DNA of 64,000 nt from positions 32,001 through 96,000 of IMG/VR virus record IMGVR_UViG_3300045971_000528, one strand, 5' to 3'. Positions 1 through 10,178 of this stretch are shown here, one piece after another; position 1 is the stretch's first letter, and every line of letters starts with the position of its first letter. The notes under the pieces are model-generated. The model was not told where the DNA came from. It worked only from the letters and a program-made list of their open reading frames with translations, and did no database searches. Both the position numbers and the translations under genes were made by a program. This DNA comes from a virus.

Positions 1-491
1 TTGCCCATGGAAGCGCCACGTAGGACGCCAGTGGAGCACCACACTTCAGGCCAACGCGGGTACGTGCGGTGCCAGTAGTCTTCAACGTAGGTGCGCTTGA
101 CGATCTCTTCCCTGATCGTGTTCACGATCTTGGCAGGCTCACGTTCAAATTCGAACTCGACACGGATCAAACCGTCTTCGGCTTGGATACCACGTGGGCC
201 ATCCTCAATCTTCTGGGTCCGTTCGATGAACTTGAACTTGTGTCCCTTGTCCATCTGACCGGCAATCAGGAAACGCTCGAGGTCTACAGTGCCATTGGCG
301 GGGACGATCAGGCTGGTGCCCTTGGTCGCATCGACGCCATCTACGGAGACCCGTACGAGTGCGCGAACTGAGTTGAGGTTCTTGAAGTGGAGGGTGTATT
401 CAGCGCCGAACGGCATGAACACGGTGTCGCCAGACTCGCGTAGAACGCGGCCATTATGCTTGACGGCGACGACAAGCTTTTCTTGATACAT
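1..491 (-). CDS. hypothetical phage protein, runs off window start (MYQEKLVVAVKHNGRVLRESGDTVFMPFGAEY...)
   Basis: Manual translation from ATG at 491; RBS-like AAGGAAG upstream; TAAATAG motif at 573-579. Confidence 0.75.
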   Translation of the reverse strand, partial: MYQEKLVVAVKHNGRVLRESGDTVFMPFGAEYTLHFKNLNSVRALVRVSVDGVDATKGTSLIVPANGTVDLERFLIAGQMDKGHKFKFIERTQKIEDGPRGIQAEDGLIRVEFEFEREPAKIVNTIREEIVKRTYVEDYWHRTYPRWPEVWCSTGVLRGASMG

Positions 492-602
492 CACGTATCT
501 TCCTTTCCCAACAACTTGAAACCGTCCACAGACTAAGGACGCGAAGAGTTAAAGTCTGTCGTGCTGGTAGAGCTATTTAATCACAAACCCCGAATTGCAC
601 CG

Positions 603-1055
603 TCAGTCATTCAGGTTGCTGATGGCCCATAGGACGCGGATTTCCTTACCACTATCATTGACATCGGACAAGCGAAACAGCTTCTCTTCGATTTCGTCAA
701 TGTCACATGATGGCCATGACAGGTTTGCACCAGTGTTCCGTGACACGTAGATGTGGCGGCCTTCGCCAGCATACTTCTGGAGTTCATGGACCAGATCCTT
801 CAGGAAGAACTTAGCACGCTTCGCCAGCGGAATGCGCATCGAGTCTTCTTCCTTCTTCCAACCGCCCTTGGGTAGGAAGGTGCCACCGAACCAGGACATC
901 TCGCGGCGAACACGCGGCAAGCCATCATGGGCGCCGTTGCCGCTCCCATCAATGGTGATCTCGTACTTGGCGGCTTGGCCACGATACCACCTGACATGAT
1001 CAAGTGCAAACGATTCACGTCCAGCCTGCCCAACAGATACTTCACTCAGCTTCAT
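603..1055 (-). CDS. MKLxE-leader protein, W[FY]GG family
   Basis: Starts MKLSEVS at internal ATG; WFGGTFLPKGG motif shared with neighbours. Confidence 0.75.
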   Translation of the reverse strand: MKLSEVSVGQAGRESFALDHVRWYRGQAAKYEITIDGSGNGAHDGLPRVRREMSWFGGTFLPKGGWKKEEDSMRIPLAKRAKFFLKDLVHELQKYAGEGRHIYVSRNTGANLSWPSCDIDEIEEKLFRLSDVNDSGKEIRVLWAISNLND

Positions 1056-1521
1056 TGGAGATCCACCAGCAGATACGAGGATAGTCGAAGCGATGATTGA
1101 CAAAAGGATCCTTGACCTTTGCCATCACGCGCATTTCGGTAAGAGTGTCTTCGCCTGGACGAACAGCGCGCATCGTGTTGGTGCTCCAGGTCGGCTGGTC
1201 ATTGATGTAGACCTTGTAACCATCGGCGATCTTTGCATCAATGACCTTGGCAACTTCCTTCAGCCAGAGCATGACACGCTTCTCGAAGGTAAGACAGATG
1301 CCTTCACGTCGCTTCTCTTCGTCTGCAACACCATTGTGGAATACCAAGGTGCCGCCAAACCAGCAGCCCTCGTGTTCACGGTGCGGGGTGCGACGACCGC
1401 TAAATGAACCATTCATGACACCCATGTCTAGAGTGCGGGCAAGCTTCTTGTACCAAGCTGCATGCTCGGAGCGGAACTCTCGAGCTTCAAATGGGATGTA
1501 GGAGACCTCGTCGAGTTTCAT
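1042..1521 (-). CDS. MKLxE-leader protein, W[FY]GG family
   Basis: MKLDEVS start; CWFGGTL motif; overlaps adjacent genes. Confidence 0.8.
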   Translation of the reverse strand: MKLDEVSYIPFEAREFRSEHAAWYKKLARTLDMGVMNGSFSGRRTPHREHEGCWFGGTLVFHNGVADEEKRREGICLTFEKRVMLWLKEVAKVIDAKIADGYKVYINDQPTWSTNTMRAVRPGEDTLTEMRVMAKVKDPFVNHRFDYPRICWWISNEAE

Positions 1522-1991
1522 TTCGGTTCCGAGATGGACCAGAGGACCTTGAGCTGCATTGGAATGACGAAGCGACCATCGCCGCGCGAGACGTCCTGGT
1601 ACACACAGTCACCGACAATGTCCTCCGCCTGGCGTGGAGTGTCATCATCCTTGATGTAGTGGGGGCTGGGATTCCAGCCACGTGGGTGACTGACAATCTT
1701 GACGTAGCGATCTGGGAACTGCTTCGCTTTCTTCAACAGGAAGGACGCAAGTTGCTTCTTGAAGCCAGTGAAGCGGCGTTCAGGAGACAAGCCGATGTCA
1801 TCAACACCAGTTCTGTCAACGTCTTTGATCTCGCCGCCAATCATCCATTGGTCAGGTGAGTGAAACTCCAGCTTGCGTGTCATCAGTTTGAAGCCAAACT
1901 TCTTGACGAAGTCAGCGAACTCCTGCTGCTCGGCCTGGGCCCAGTCTGGTGCCTGCTTTGGCTTGGCTTCGAATAGTTCGATCGTCTTCAT
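1518..1991 (-). CDS. leader-bearing protein, divergent W-x-GG family
   Basis: MKTIELFE start in ATGA overlap; WMIGG motif. Confidence 0.7.
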   Translation of the reverse strand: MKTIELFEAKPKQAPDWAQAEQQEFADFVKKFGFKLMTRKLEFHSPDQWMIGGEIKDVDRTGVDDIGLSPERRFTGFKKQLASFLLKKAKQFPDRYVKIVSHPRGWNPSPHYIKDDDTPRQAEDIVGDCVYQDVSRGDGRFVIPMQLKVLWSISEPK

Positions 1992-2302
1992 GTGTGGAAT
2001 TCTGAATTGCTGAGGGTGAACCACTCGGCTCCTGAATGCGACTTCTTCTGGCGTAGCTGAAGCTTCTCGAGGTTCTTGTCGTTGATCACGATCCAACGGT
2101 TGTCCTCCAGCTTGACGGAGGTTGCACCATTACCGCCTGGATTTTGAGGAGGATCCCATTCAATAAACTTGACAATGCCGCCATCGCCCTTGTAGTAGAA
2201 GCGAACTTCCGTGCCCTTCTTGAGAAGGTTGCGCATCACCGTCAAGACGAAGGGAGCTTCGTCTGGCAGGCGATCATCTTCGAAGAGTTCAAGGACCTTC
2301 AT
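1988..2302 (-). CDS. leader-bearing paralog, P-[LF]...LLKKG..V family
   Basis: MKVLELFEDDRLPDEAPFVLT...NLLKKGTEVR; N-half nearly identical to 2299..2631. Confidence 0.8.
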   Translation of the reverse strand: MKVLELFEDDRLPDEAPFVLTVMRNLLKKGTEVRFYYKGDGGIVKFIEWDPPQNPGGNGATSVKLEDNRWIVINDKNLEKLQLRQKKSHSGAEWFTLSNSEFHT

Positions 2303-2631
2303 TTGTGGTCATCATCCGAGGGTGAACGTAGGGTGAACATGTCCTTTTGGCTAAAGGAGGACCGCTTGTTCTGAAAGAGCTTCAACTTGTCCAGGTTCAC
2401 GTCGTTGATTGTCATAGAGCCAAGACCGTAAGACAGCTCGAAGACGCTATAGCCCATTATGGTGCCTACGGTTGACGGCACCCATTCAAGCCCCTCGATC
2501 TGGCCACCTTCGCCCTTGTAGTAGACGCGAACCTCCGTGCCCTTCTTGAGCAGGTTCTTGATGATGGTCAGCACGAAGGGTGCCTCGTCAGGGAGGCGGC
2601 CTTCATCTTCGAACAGTTCAGAGACACGCAT
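2299..2631 (-). CDS. leader-bearing paralog, P-[LF]...LLKKG..V family
   Basis: MRVSELFEDEGRLPDEAPFVLT...NLLKKGTEVR. Confidence 0.8.
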   Translation of the reverse strand: MRVSELFEDEGRLPDEAPFVLTIIKNLLKKGTEVRVYYKGEGGQIEGLEWVPSTVGTIMGYSVFELSYGLGSMTINDVNLDKLKLFQNKRSSFSQKDMFTLRSPSDDDHK

Positions 2632-3068
2632 CAGTCATACTCCACGTAGAGGATGGTGCCGCGTTTGAATTGCTTTTCCATCTCGGGGCTGCTGATTGCC
2701 CACATCATGGCTGCGAGTATCTGTTGCTCAACAGTTTCTGGGTCTAGCACTTGGACAGCAGGACTTGCTTTCGCGTTGAAGACCTTGACACGATCTGCCT
2801 TCTCCATCAGGCGGCGTGCTACGGGAACAGCGACTTTCTTGGCATAGAGCTTGACGCGCAGCGGTCGATCCAGCAGTTCGTCATCATCCTCAATGACAAC
2901 CCCGAACTGAATCTGCATCTGCTCGTTCCACCTGTCGCTGTTAGAGTGTCTGGCGCGACTAACTTTCGTCCAGATCTTGAGGTCAAAGTCAATGCCACCC
3001 GCCACCAAGTAGTCTGCTTGGTTAGTACAGAGATCACGAAGATCGGAATGAGGAGTGACGTCGTTCAT
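2631..3068 (-). CDS. hypothetical protein
   Basis: 145-aa ORF overlapping both neighbours. Confidence 0.7.
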   Translation of the reverse strand: MNDVTPHSDLRDLCTNQADYLVAGGIDFDLKIWTKVSRARHSNSDRWNEQMQIQFGVVIEDDDELLDRPLRVKLYAKKVAVPVARRLMEKADRVKVFNAKASPAVQVLDPETVEQQILAAMMWAISSPEMEKQFKRGTILYVEYD

Positions 3069-3922
3069 GCTAGGCGCCGATAGTACTTCTCGATGAGGTC
3101 ACCGAGCTGGGTGTTAGGGACCTGGAGCGCAGTCTTTGGAAGCACGGTGCCCTTTACCTTGGCAACGCCGCGTGACGCCCAGCGCGGGCCGTCGCTTGTC
3201 TGTTTCATCTGTGGTTTGTTGCAGATGTCGATGTATTCGTCGAGATCCTTGCCGTAGCCGCCGTATCCTGGCTTTGCAGTAGCATCACCACCTGCTACGT
3301 GCCACATGTAGAACAGTTCACCGGTCAGTCTACTGTTGGCAACAGGATCTTCTTCAATCCGAGCCATCATCTTCTTCAAGGACTTGTGAACTGCGGGTGT
3401 TACGTTGGCGTAGATGGTTCCCCACAGTCCGCGTACCTTGTCAGAGGAGGCCATCAGATCGACGCGAAACGGGAGCCCAATGTCCGCACGCTCTTCACCA
3501 AAGGAGACGTACCACCGGCACCATGCACGATAGACATTGTCCCCGAAGTCCTTCATCTCCACTGACCTGAGAGCATCCATGACCTCGTCTTCGGTCATCG
3601 AGACCTTGACCTTGGGTCCATTAGAGGAGCTGTTCGGGTAGACAGAGACCTTGCGGCCATCTTCTGTGTAGGACATCAATAGCTTGCCAAGCGCCTTGAG
3701 GAAGACCCGGCATCTGGCATCGAACGTCATCAGGTGCTTCCTGTCAGCGGTGTTGCCACCCTTTGGTGACAGACTTCCGCCGTACCAGCAACCGTCTTTC
3801 ATGAAGCCAACCATCTCGGACCACGTAACATCGTACTTGGCTGCTAGCTCACGCATGTCCTTGTTGAGACCCTTGCCGATCTCGAACGTGTTCGTCTCCA
3901 TGATGAGCTCTGTCACTCGCAT
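3065..3922 (-). CDS. leader-bearing protein, W[FY]GG family with C-terminal extension
   Basis: MRVTELIME start; CWYGGSLSPKGG. Confidence 0.8.
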   Translation of the reverse strand: MRVTELIMETNTFEIGKGLNKDMRELAAKYDVTWSEMVGFMKDGCWYGGSLSPKGGNTADRKHLMTFDARCRVFLKALGKLLMSYTEDGRKVSVYPNSSSNGPKVKVSMTEDEVMDALRSVEMKDFGDNVYRAWCRWYVSFGEERADIGLPFRVDLMASSDKVRGLWGTIYANVTPAVHKSLKKMMARIEEDPVANSRLTGELFYMWHVAGGDATAKPGYGGYGKDLDEYIDICNKPQMKQTSDGPRWASRGVAKVKGTVLPKTALQVPNTQLGDLIEKYYRRLA

Positions 3923-4827
3923 CAGATGTGCTGCCGTAGGAACTGATCGAAGGCTTCCATGTCAATGCGCTGGCTGCTCATTGGCAGAACCTTACGAGAG
4001 ATCTCCATGTAGGCCATTGCGACTGGCTGTGGGCACTCTTGACCAGTGACCTTGCCGAGGTAGGCTCCGAGGGCGTTGCGCATCTTGCGGAACTTCTCAG
4101 TCTCGCCTGTGATTGGCTTGACGCTGACGCGGCCGTTCCAGTACTGTTCGCCTGAGTGAGCTCGCTTGAAATTCCGGAAGTCTAGATCAATGCGCTTGGC
4201 TTTCTCGATGGTCATGGTGCCACCACAGTCGATCGCCATGGATTCTTTGGGGTTGTACTCCATCGAATGACCCCTTGCGCGCCGTTCGATTTCTTCAGGA
4301 TCCTTTGGATCTGTTGGCCCGTAGAAACGGCCAGTGAATCGAACAGCGATCGTGCCGGCCATCGAGGCAGGTTGGCTGACATACCATGCAAGGCATGGCA
4401 TCACTGGAGCCGTGACGTTGCCAGGTGGAAAATTGTCGACAGCAGCGGCTATTAGCTTTGCGAGTGCCTCACCCGCCTTGACTTCTTCCTTGTGCTTGGA
4501 TCGTTCAGCACCGGCAGCGACCATCACAGTACGACCATCAGCGATGTAGCCTTCGAGTTTCTTGGCCAGCATCTGCAAAAAGCCCTTGCGGCGGATGTCT
4601 AGCCGAATGCGACCCTTGTCTGGATCCTCATTGCGGCTGCCGCCCTTTGGACCTAGGCCGCCACCATACCAGCCGCCTTCAGCGCCAACCTGCGGCCAGC
4701 CCATGCCTGCGACCAAGGTGAGGTCGAGCTCGGCAGCAAGATCCTTGAACTCCTTGTTCATGCCCTTGATGGCGGCAAACGGATCTGTGGGTTCGGAAGT
4801 GTCTTCGTGAAGTTCTGAAATCAGCAT
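3922..4827 (-). CDS. leader-bearing protein, W[FY]GG family with C-terminal extension
   Basis: MLISELHED start; GWYGGGLGPKGG; TAAATAG motif at 4848-4854. Confidence 0.8.
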   Translation of the reverse strand: MLISELHEDTSEPTDPFAAIKGMNKEFKDLAAELDLTLVAGMGWPQVGAEGGWYGGGLGPKGGSRNEDPDKGRIRLDIRRKGFLQMLAKKLEGYIADGRTVMVAAGAERSKHKEEVKAGEALAKLIAAAVDNFPPGNVTAPVMPCLAWYVSQPASMAGTIAVRFTGRFYGPTDPKDPEEIERRARGHSMEYNPKESMAIDCGGTMTIEKAKRIDLDFRNFKRAHSGEQYWNGRVSVKPITGETEKFRKMRNALGAYLGKVTGQECPQPVAMAYMEISRKVLPMSSQRIDMEAFDQFLRQHI

Positions 4828-4865
4828 GTAAGCTCCAATGGCTGGAGCTATTTACGCCGGTGGGA

Positions 4866-5306
4866 TCAGAACAGTGGATGAACCAATCGCACTCGAAAGC
4901 GGGCTTCAGCCACGTACGTCGCTCCGCTCTTCGTGATGAAGCTCTTGTTGGTTGTCTGGGCCTCCAGATTCGCAACGGTGAGCGCGCTCTGTTCGGCGGT
5001 AAGCGTATTAGCCCCATCTGCCCGAAGGACACCCCATGTCCCTGGCATGACCTGGGGTAGGCCGTCAGCCAGCAGCTTGTAGATGACTTTGATGCGGATC
5101 CGGAACGGCATATCCTGAGCAAACTCATCGACGACGGAATCCACCTTGAACCCGACGGTCCAGCCGTCGAACATGGTCGAGGTCTTCAAGACCTCAACCT
5201 GCATGTTGAAGCCGAGTTCCATCTCGCGGTTGTACTTCTCGAGAGCAGCCACAAGCTGCCGCTGGAAGTCGTCAGCGGACGGTTTCGCGGTGACAGCGTA
5301 GGCCAT
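4866..5306 (-). CDS. hypothetical protein
   Basis: 146-aa ORF coupled to upstream gene. Confidence 0.7.
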   Translation of the reverse strand: MAYAVTAKPSADDFQRQLVAALEKYNREMELGFNMQVEVLKTSTMFDGWTVGFKVDSVVDEFAQDMPFRIRIKVIYKLLADGLPQVMPGTWGVLRADGANTLTAEQSALTVANLEAQTTNKSFITKSGATYVAEARFRVRLVHPLF

Positions 5307-6217
5307 CAGGCAGCCAATCCAGCTTGCTTCAGCTGCTTGTGGGAAGCCGACTGCTTAGTCGCATGGTAGCGAGTCGCTTGCTGCATCCAACGATGGGTGG
5401 CTCCCTTCACAAGACCTTGAGGGCAGTAGACACGCTCTCCAGTGAAGAGGTCGGTGACCATGCCCTGGATCTTGCGGGTGCCGAAGCGCTCACGTTCATG
5501 CTGGTTCAGTTCTTCCCAGGTCTTTGTCAGACGAGAGGTCTGCTGGCCGAGCATCTTACTCCACCCCACGAAGAAGGTCTGCGGCTGAACGCCGTGGTGT
5601 CCTGGGCGGACGAAGGTGATGGTGGCAATCGGCACGTCCTTCACCTCGAAGTGGTACCAGACACCGTCGACCAAGCGGAGAACGTTGTCCTTGTCCAGCC
5701 AGCGAGTGACCGCGAAGTCTTCGGCTGCCGCACGTTCGGACCTGATCCTCTTGGCAGATTTTTGACCCAGCTTTTGGGTGCGCTTGACGGTACCGTCCTT
5801 CGGGCAGACGTAGTAGTCGTGGTAGAGTTCCTTGATGGGAACGTAGCCCTTGTCGGACCAGCGCTGAAGAGCAACCACCTGACCAGCTTCGTTGAGCTTG
5901 GTGTTGACCTGAATCAGACGGGCGAGATCATCGTGAACGTCGTGATTGGTCTTGGTCTGCGCGGCGACCTTGGCACAGAACTCGCTGTAGCACTTGTCCC
6001 ACTTCTTGCCGACGCAGGAGCGGAGCCAACCTTCGAGGACGCTGTTGTTGGTGTGCTTCTCTTTGCGGTCATCCCAACTGTCGTAGCGGCGCTTCATCGA
6101 CTCGCGACCACCGACCTCGTCATCTGCGAACCCCTTGTCGCGGCGATGTTCCTTGAACCCACGGCCAGAGCCGTAACGTTCGGGTTCGGTCAGTACCTTG
6201 GCGAAGTCTTCACGCAT
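5306..6217 (-). CDS. hypothetical basic protein
   Basis: 303-aa ORF on the coding strand. Confidence 0.7.
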   Translation of the reverse strand: MREDFAKVLTEPERYGSGRGFKEHRRDKGFADDEVGGRESMKRRYDSWDDRKEKHTNNSVLEGWLRSCVGKKWDKCYSEFCAKVAAQTKTNHDVHDDLARLIQVNTKLNEAGQVVALQRWSDKGYVPIKELYHDYYVCPKDGTVKRTQKLGQKSAKRIRSERAAAEDFAVTRWLDKDNVLRLVDGVWYHFEVKDVPIATITFVRPGHHGVQPQTFFVGWSKMLGQQTSRLTKTWEELNQHERERFGTRKIQGMVTDLFTGERVYCPQGLVKGATHRWMQQATRYHATKQSASHKQLKQAGLAA

Positions 6218-6220
6218 CGA

Positions 6221-6553
6221 TCATTCCTTGAAACGGTCTTTCAGTTGTTCACACGACGGGGTGCGGCAGGCAGTTCCAACGCCACCGCTTCCACACGGGC
6301 AGCTACGAACCCAGCGCCACTGGTTGATGAGGTCGGGGTTCAACTGCGGAACTTCACCGAGACGGCCCTTGGCCGCGTAGAGATAGCCAGCCTTGAACTC
6401 GACGAGAACGCCGAAGACCCGCACCTTGGCGTATTTATCGCCGTCGTACTGCACTGGTGTGCATTCGCGGACTGGAGCGTCCTTGCCGGGCTCGTCGCCC
6501 AGGTGAATCATCGGGTAGTCGGTCCAGGCACGGAGGGTAGAGGTAGTATCCAT
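6221..6553 (-). CDS. hypothetical protein
   Basis: ORF from MDTTST; TG-x-TACAAT -10 just upstream. Confidence 0.55.
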   Translation of the reverse strand: MDTTSTLRAWTDYPMIHLGDEPGKDAPVRECTPVQYDGDKYAKVRVFGVLVEFKAGYLYAAKGRLGEVPQLNPDLINQWRWVRSCPCGSGGVGTACRTPSCEQLKDRFKE

Positions 6554-6583
6554 ATTGGATTGTATCACAGTTTGTTGAATGAA

Positions 6584-6607
6584 GCACAAGGCCCGAAGGC
6601 CTTGTGC
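6584..6607 (-). terminator. hairpin terminator after the lipoprotein gene
   Basis: GCACAAGGCC-TTCG-GGCCTTGTGC perfect stem. Confidence 0.7.
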
Positions 6608-6627
6608 AGGTTGAAGAGCGGACTCGA

Positions 6628-8361
6628 TCAGTTGCCGAACGGAACCAGATCGACCACCACTCGGGTGCCGACGCTGATCACGCCGCGGTTGGCGACTTCA
6701 CCCGTCTCGAAGTTCAGTTCGACGTACATGCGGTCGGAGTTCTTGGTGTTGACCACTTCGATCATGGCCGTCGTGTCGAACATCGTGAACGCCTTCGGGA
6801 AGAGACCCAACGCATCGGTGTTGAAGTAGCGGAAGGTCTTGGCCTTCACGTCGTACTTCGTGAACTCGTTCATGGACTGATTCACGCAGGTGGCCTGGCC
6901 GTTGTACAGCTTGGCGTACTGCGGGTTCTGCGAACCGTACACATCAGCCGACGTGACTTGGCCGGCGACGTGTTGGAGGTACGTCGTTTCGCCAGTGGCC
7001 GAGTTCCACAGCGTGCAACGGGTGGACATCCAGGTGGAGCCGCTGCGGCCGGCGTGACCGTAACCTGGCTCGCTCGTCCACTTCGGCATCGCAAAACCGC
7101 CGGTGCCGGATGTGGGCGCCAACGTCTGGAAGAACACGCCGTCCTTGTACATGGCGTAGGTGCCGGTGACCGGATCAGAGACGCCGTAGGAGAACTTCGG
7201 AGCTGCGGTCCACAGAGTGGAGGCGCCGGTCTTCGGGTCGATGATGTGAACGCCGTCATTCTGGTTCGACTTGATCGTGCCGTCGGCATCGACGAAGTTG
7301 CCCCAAGTGAACGAGGTAGAAACGGCGGAGTTGCGCACCATCTTGAAGCCGGTGGAGCCCTTCTCGTAGACCAGAACACCGACGAAGGCACGATCGGCAG
7401 AGGTACCGACCAGGTACTGGCCGTTGTAGGCAATGGAACCGTTGCCGGTCTTGACCTTGGCGTCCAGCGACGTGAGGTCAGTCAGGGTGGCGGTGTAGTT
7501 GTCGGAGACATCCAGCACACGGATCTGGCCGCCTGCGTAGATCAGGACGGCTGACTGGCTGGTGTTGAAGGCCTCGTCACCAGCGGGAATCACGGTGGTG
7601 ATTGAGTCGGCAGTGACGGTGGTGTCGAAGACGGTGCCGTCACCAGCGATCACGAATTCGCCGGTGCGGAAGGTGACGTTGCAGTCCTTGTCGACGGTGT
7701 CGGGAACCTGCATCTTCGCCAGCATGTGGCCCTTGACCGGATCCAGCGTCCAGATCTTCTCGACCACGACTTCAGTGTTCGAGGTGTTGCAGTTCAGGGT
7801 GGCATTGCTCTTGGTTGTCAGTTGGGCACCGAGGCTGGTCAGCTTGCCATTCACCAGCTTGTTCGTGAAACCGTGGTTCGAACCGTGATTCAGCTTCGGG
7901 CGGTCATCGGCGAGTGCGTCGCCCATGATCGGCGACATCAGCTTGTAGAAGGCCGTCGTGATGGTGTCGAAGAAGGCGCTCGCCACGGTTGTGTTGCCGG
8001 CGGTGCGAGCCAGGATGTCCTTGCGGGTCAGACTCAGGCGCGTGATGCCGACCTTGACAGGTGCTGCTGACGGGGTCGGTGCAACGGCGACAGGCGGGGG
8101 AGTCACGACCACTGGCGTCGGTGCGACAGCGACAGGATCGGGTGCAACAACGACAGGATCGGGTGCAACAACAACAGGCGCAGAGAGTGCGGGCGGGGTC
8201 GAAGCGACGGGGGCATCGGCAATAGGAGCCGAAGTGCCAGTCGCGGGGGCGGGCGAAGACGAGGTGCTGGATGGGGTATCACTTCCACCGCCGCCGCAGG
8301 CGGTCAGTGCGGCCGCCAGTGCCAGGGTTGAGAAGGAAAACAGCTTGCGTTGAGTGCTCAC
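6628..8361 (-). CDS. large lipoprotein with Pro-rich linker and beta-rich body
   Basis: Signal peptide with lipobox LTAC followed by GGGGS; (VVVAPDP)n linker. Confidence 0.8.
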   Translation of the reverse strand: MSTQRKLFSFSTLALAAALTACGGGGSDTPSSTSSSPAPATGTSAPIADAPVASTPPALSAPVVVAPDPVVVAPDPVAVAPTPVVVTPPPVAVAPTPSAAPVKVGITRLSLTRKDILARTAGNTTVASAFFDTITTAFYKLMSPIMGDALADDRPKLNHGSNHGFTNKLVNGKLTSLGAQLTTKSNATLNCNTSNTEVVVEKIWTLDPVKGHMLAKMQVPDTVDKDCNVTFRTGEFVIAGDGTVFDTTVTADSITTVIPAGDEAFNTSQSAVLIYAGGQIRVLDVSDNYTATLTDLTSLDAKVKTGNGSIAYNGQYLVGTSADRAFVGVLVYEKGSTGFKMVRNSAVSTSFTWGNFVDADGTIKSNQNDGVHIIDPKTGASTLWTAAPKFSYGVSDPVTGTYAMYKDGVFFQTLAPTSGTGGFAMPKWTSEPGYGHAGRSGSTWMSTRCTLWNSATGETTYLQHVAGQVTSADVYGSQNPQYAKLYNGQATCVNQSMNEFTKYDVKAKTFRYFNTDALGLFPKAFTMFDTTAMIEVVNTKNSDRMYVELNFETGEVANRGVISVGTRVVVDLVPFGN

Positions 8362-8437
8362 GTTATGCTCCGGTAGGTCCTGCGGGATCTTCCCCGCCTG
8401 TGGTATCAGAGGTGTTCAATCTCTGTTTCAGTAAGAT

Positions 8438-8466
8438 ATTGTAAGTCGCAGCCTGCTAGATGTACA
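8438..8466 (-). promoter_or_regulatory. sigma70-like promoter TGTACA-N17-TACAAT
   Basis: Motif recurs at several operon starts; GTTACAC element further upstream. Confidence 0.7.
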
Positions 8467-8618
8467 CAACAAGAGTGTAACGACCTGGACTTGTAACTAG
8501 GGGCCGTAGCCGCTTGCCCACACGCAAACGTACCCAGGATCCGCTTCGTACAGATCGAGGAACTCGTCGTACGTCATCATGCCGAGGTATTCATCGCCGT
8601 ACCAAACTTCGACCATGA

Positions 8619-9050
8619 TCAAAGCACCTGCAGTTTCGAGAAATCGCGGACATGGGCGTTTTCGTACCAGAGCCGGCCTTGAACGCTTTCCTGCGTCAAC
8701 CGACCCGTGCGCTTCAATTCTTCTTGTTCGTTCTCGGATGAAGTGATGCGGACGCAGGCCGACGGTGTGCACTGGATGATGTACACCGATTGCGTGACGA
8801 TGTTGACCTTCTTGAGATTGGGGCAGAAGCGCTCGAGCCGCTGGTACAGCGATCGTTCCTCGACGATATTCATCCACCGTTCGGGATAGAAGAACGTGAC
8901 CTCGGTCAATTCGGGATTCACACGCTCTTCATCGAACACTTGGCGCAGAACGCCTTGGCCCATGTGAAGTTGAAATTCGAGGTTGTCATCTCGCATGTGC
9001 GGGCGACGTTGCACGAGAACGAGTAGTTCGAAAGGGTAGTTCATGTTCAA
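8619..9050 (-). CDS. hypothetical protein
   Basis: 143-aa ORF. Confidence 0.65.
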   Translation of the reverse strand: MNMNYPFELLVLVQRRPHMRDDNLEFQLHMGQGVLRQVFDEERVNPELTEVTFFYPERWMNIVEERSLYQRLERFCPNLKKVNIVTQSVYIIQCTPSACVRITSSENEQEELKRTGRLTQESVQGRLWYENAHVRDFSKLQVL

Positions 9051-9370
9051 GCCGTGTTGAGAGTTGCGCCGATCTGCTTGGTGACTTCGCGTTCGCGCTG
9101 ATGGGCTTCAGCCTTGCCACGCACACGCTCCATCACTTCCACGACGAAGGCTTCGGCTCCGTGTTGGCGAATGGCCTTGCACAGGGTCCAGTCCTTGGCT
9201 TGAGTGAGGGCGCGGGTAACGTGTCGTTGCCAACGGCCTTCGACTGCCTTCTTCGGGGAAAGACCCGAGCAGACGGTCATTCCGATGTAGACCTCAGCGG
9301 TCGGCTTGCACGTGACCTTGTAGATCGCGTGCATACGGTCTGACCGCTTCTTGCGCTTTACTTGTTCCAT
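9047..9370 (-). CDS. GIY-YIG nuclease family protein
   Basis: AIYKVT...VYIGMT...R W..H and C-terminal E...LN motifs. Confidence 0.75.
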   Translation of the reverse strand: MEQVKRKKRSDRMHAIYKVTCKPTAEVYIGMTVCSGLSPKKAVEGRWQRHVTRALTQAKDWTLCKAIRQHGAEAFVVEVMERVRGKAEAHQREREVTKQIGATLNTA

Positions 9371-9422
9371 AAGCCATTATACATCAACTTGACGTTGAGA
9401 TGTGGCTAAAGTGTAACCGTCG

Positions 9423-10178
9423 TTACTTGACTGGGGCGCCTGGTACTACCGGGGCGGTGTCCATCTTGCGTGCCTTCGACAGCGAATGGATCTGGGCTGC
9501 AGCGGCAGCGAGCTGACGACGAACAGTCAACAGCGTGTAGTAGACCTGAGACACTGCGGTCTTGCGGTCTTGGCCAGCAGGAGCATCTGCTGGAGTAGCC
9601 ATCAGCTTCCGCTCAAGCAGGTCTGCCCCACCGTCGATGTTGAGGGTGAGAGCGGTCTTGTCGAGGGTCAGCACGTCAGTGATGAACTTGGCATGCGTGG
9701 TGATGAACTTGTCGTTGTTCGGCCCGACGTTGGCGAACTGACCTGCCTTCACAGCAGCAATGGCACGGTCGGCTTCTTGAACAGTGATGATGCCTTGCTG
9801 TTGAGCTGCACGCTGGAACTGCTTGTGCATCTCTTCGCAGGCTGAGGACATGGCCGTGAAGGTCGTGTAGGCGCCTGCAGCTTCGTCCTTGGTGCGCAGC
9901 AGATCAACGAACGTTGTCATGTTCGGCGTCGTCTTCGGCGCCCTAAGAATTGCTTGTAGCGTCTGTGTGGCTGCTGCAAGGATCTTTCGGTGCTGGTCAG
10001 GCGACAGCTTCTTGAGGACCTTCTTGTGCTCTCGCTCGACATCGCTGTATGCAGAGCGCCAGCCAGTTCTGATGTCAGACACCACTTGGCGCAGGCCTGC
10101 AGTGATGTTGTCCTCACCACCAGCCGAGTACTCGAGGAGCAGGTGCTCCTTGAACGATGGCAAGTTAGCTTCCCGCAT
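9423..10178 (-). CDS. putative virion/internal protein
   Basis: N-terminal SFKEHLLLE; in a late-motif operon. Confidence 0.55.
   Translation of the reverse strand: MREANLPSFKEHLLLEYSAGGEDNITAGLRQVVSDIRTGWRSAYSDVEREHKKVLKKLSPDQHRKILAAATQTLQAILRAPKTTPNMTTFVDLLRTKDEAAGAYTTFTAMSSACEEMHKQFQRAAQQQGIITVQEADRAIAAVKAGQFANVGPNNDKFITTHAKFITDVLTLDKTALTLNIDGGADLLERKLMATPADAPAGQDRKTAVSQVYYTLLTVRRQLAAAAAQIHSLSKARKMDTAPVVPGAPVK

Noticed and set aside
5324-7554. Long plus-strand ORFs (5324..6829, 6604..7554)
   Set aside because: Antisense shadows of GC-rich minus-strand genes; no recognisable motifs
8070-8180. Short tandem DNA repeats
   Set aside because: They encode the Pro/Val linker of the lipoprotein; not CRISPR or a regulatory array
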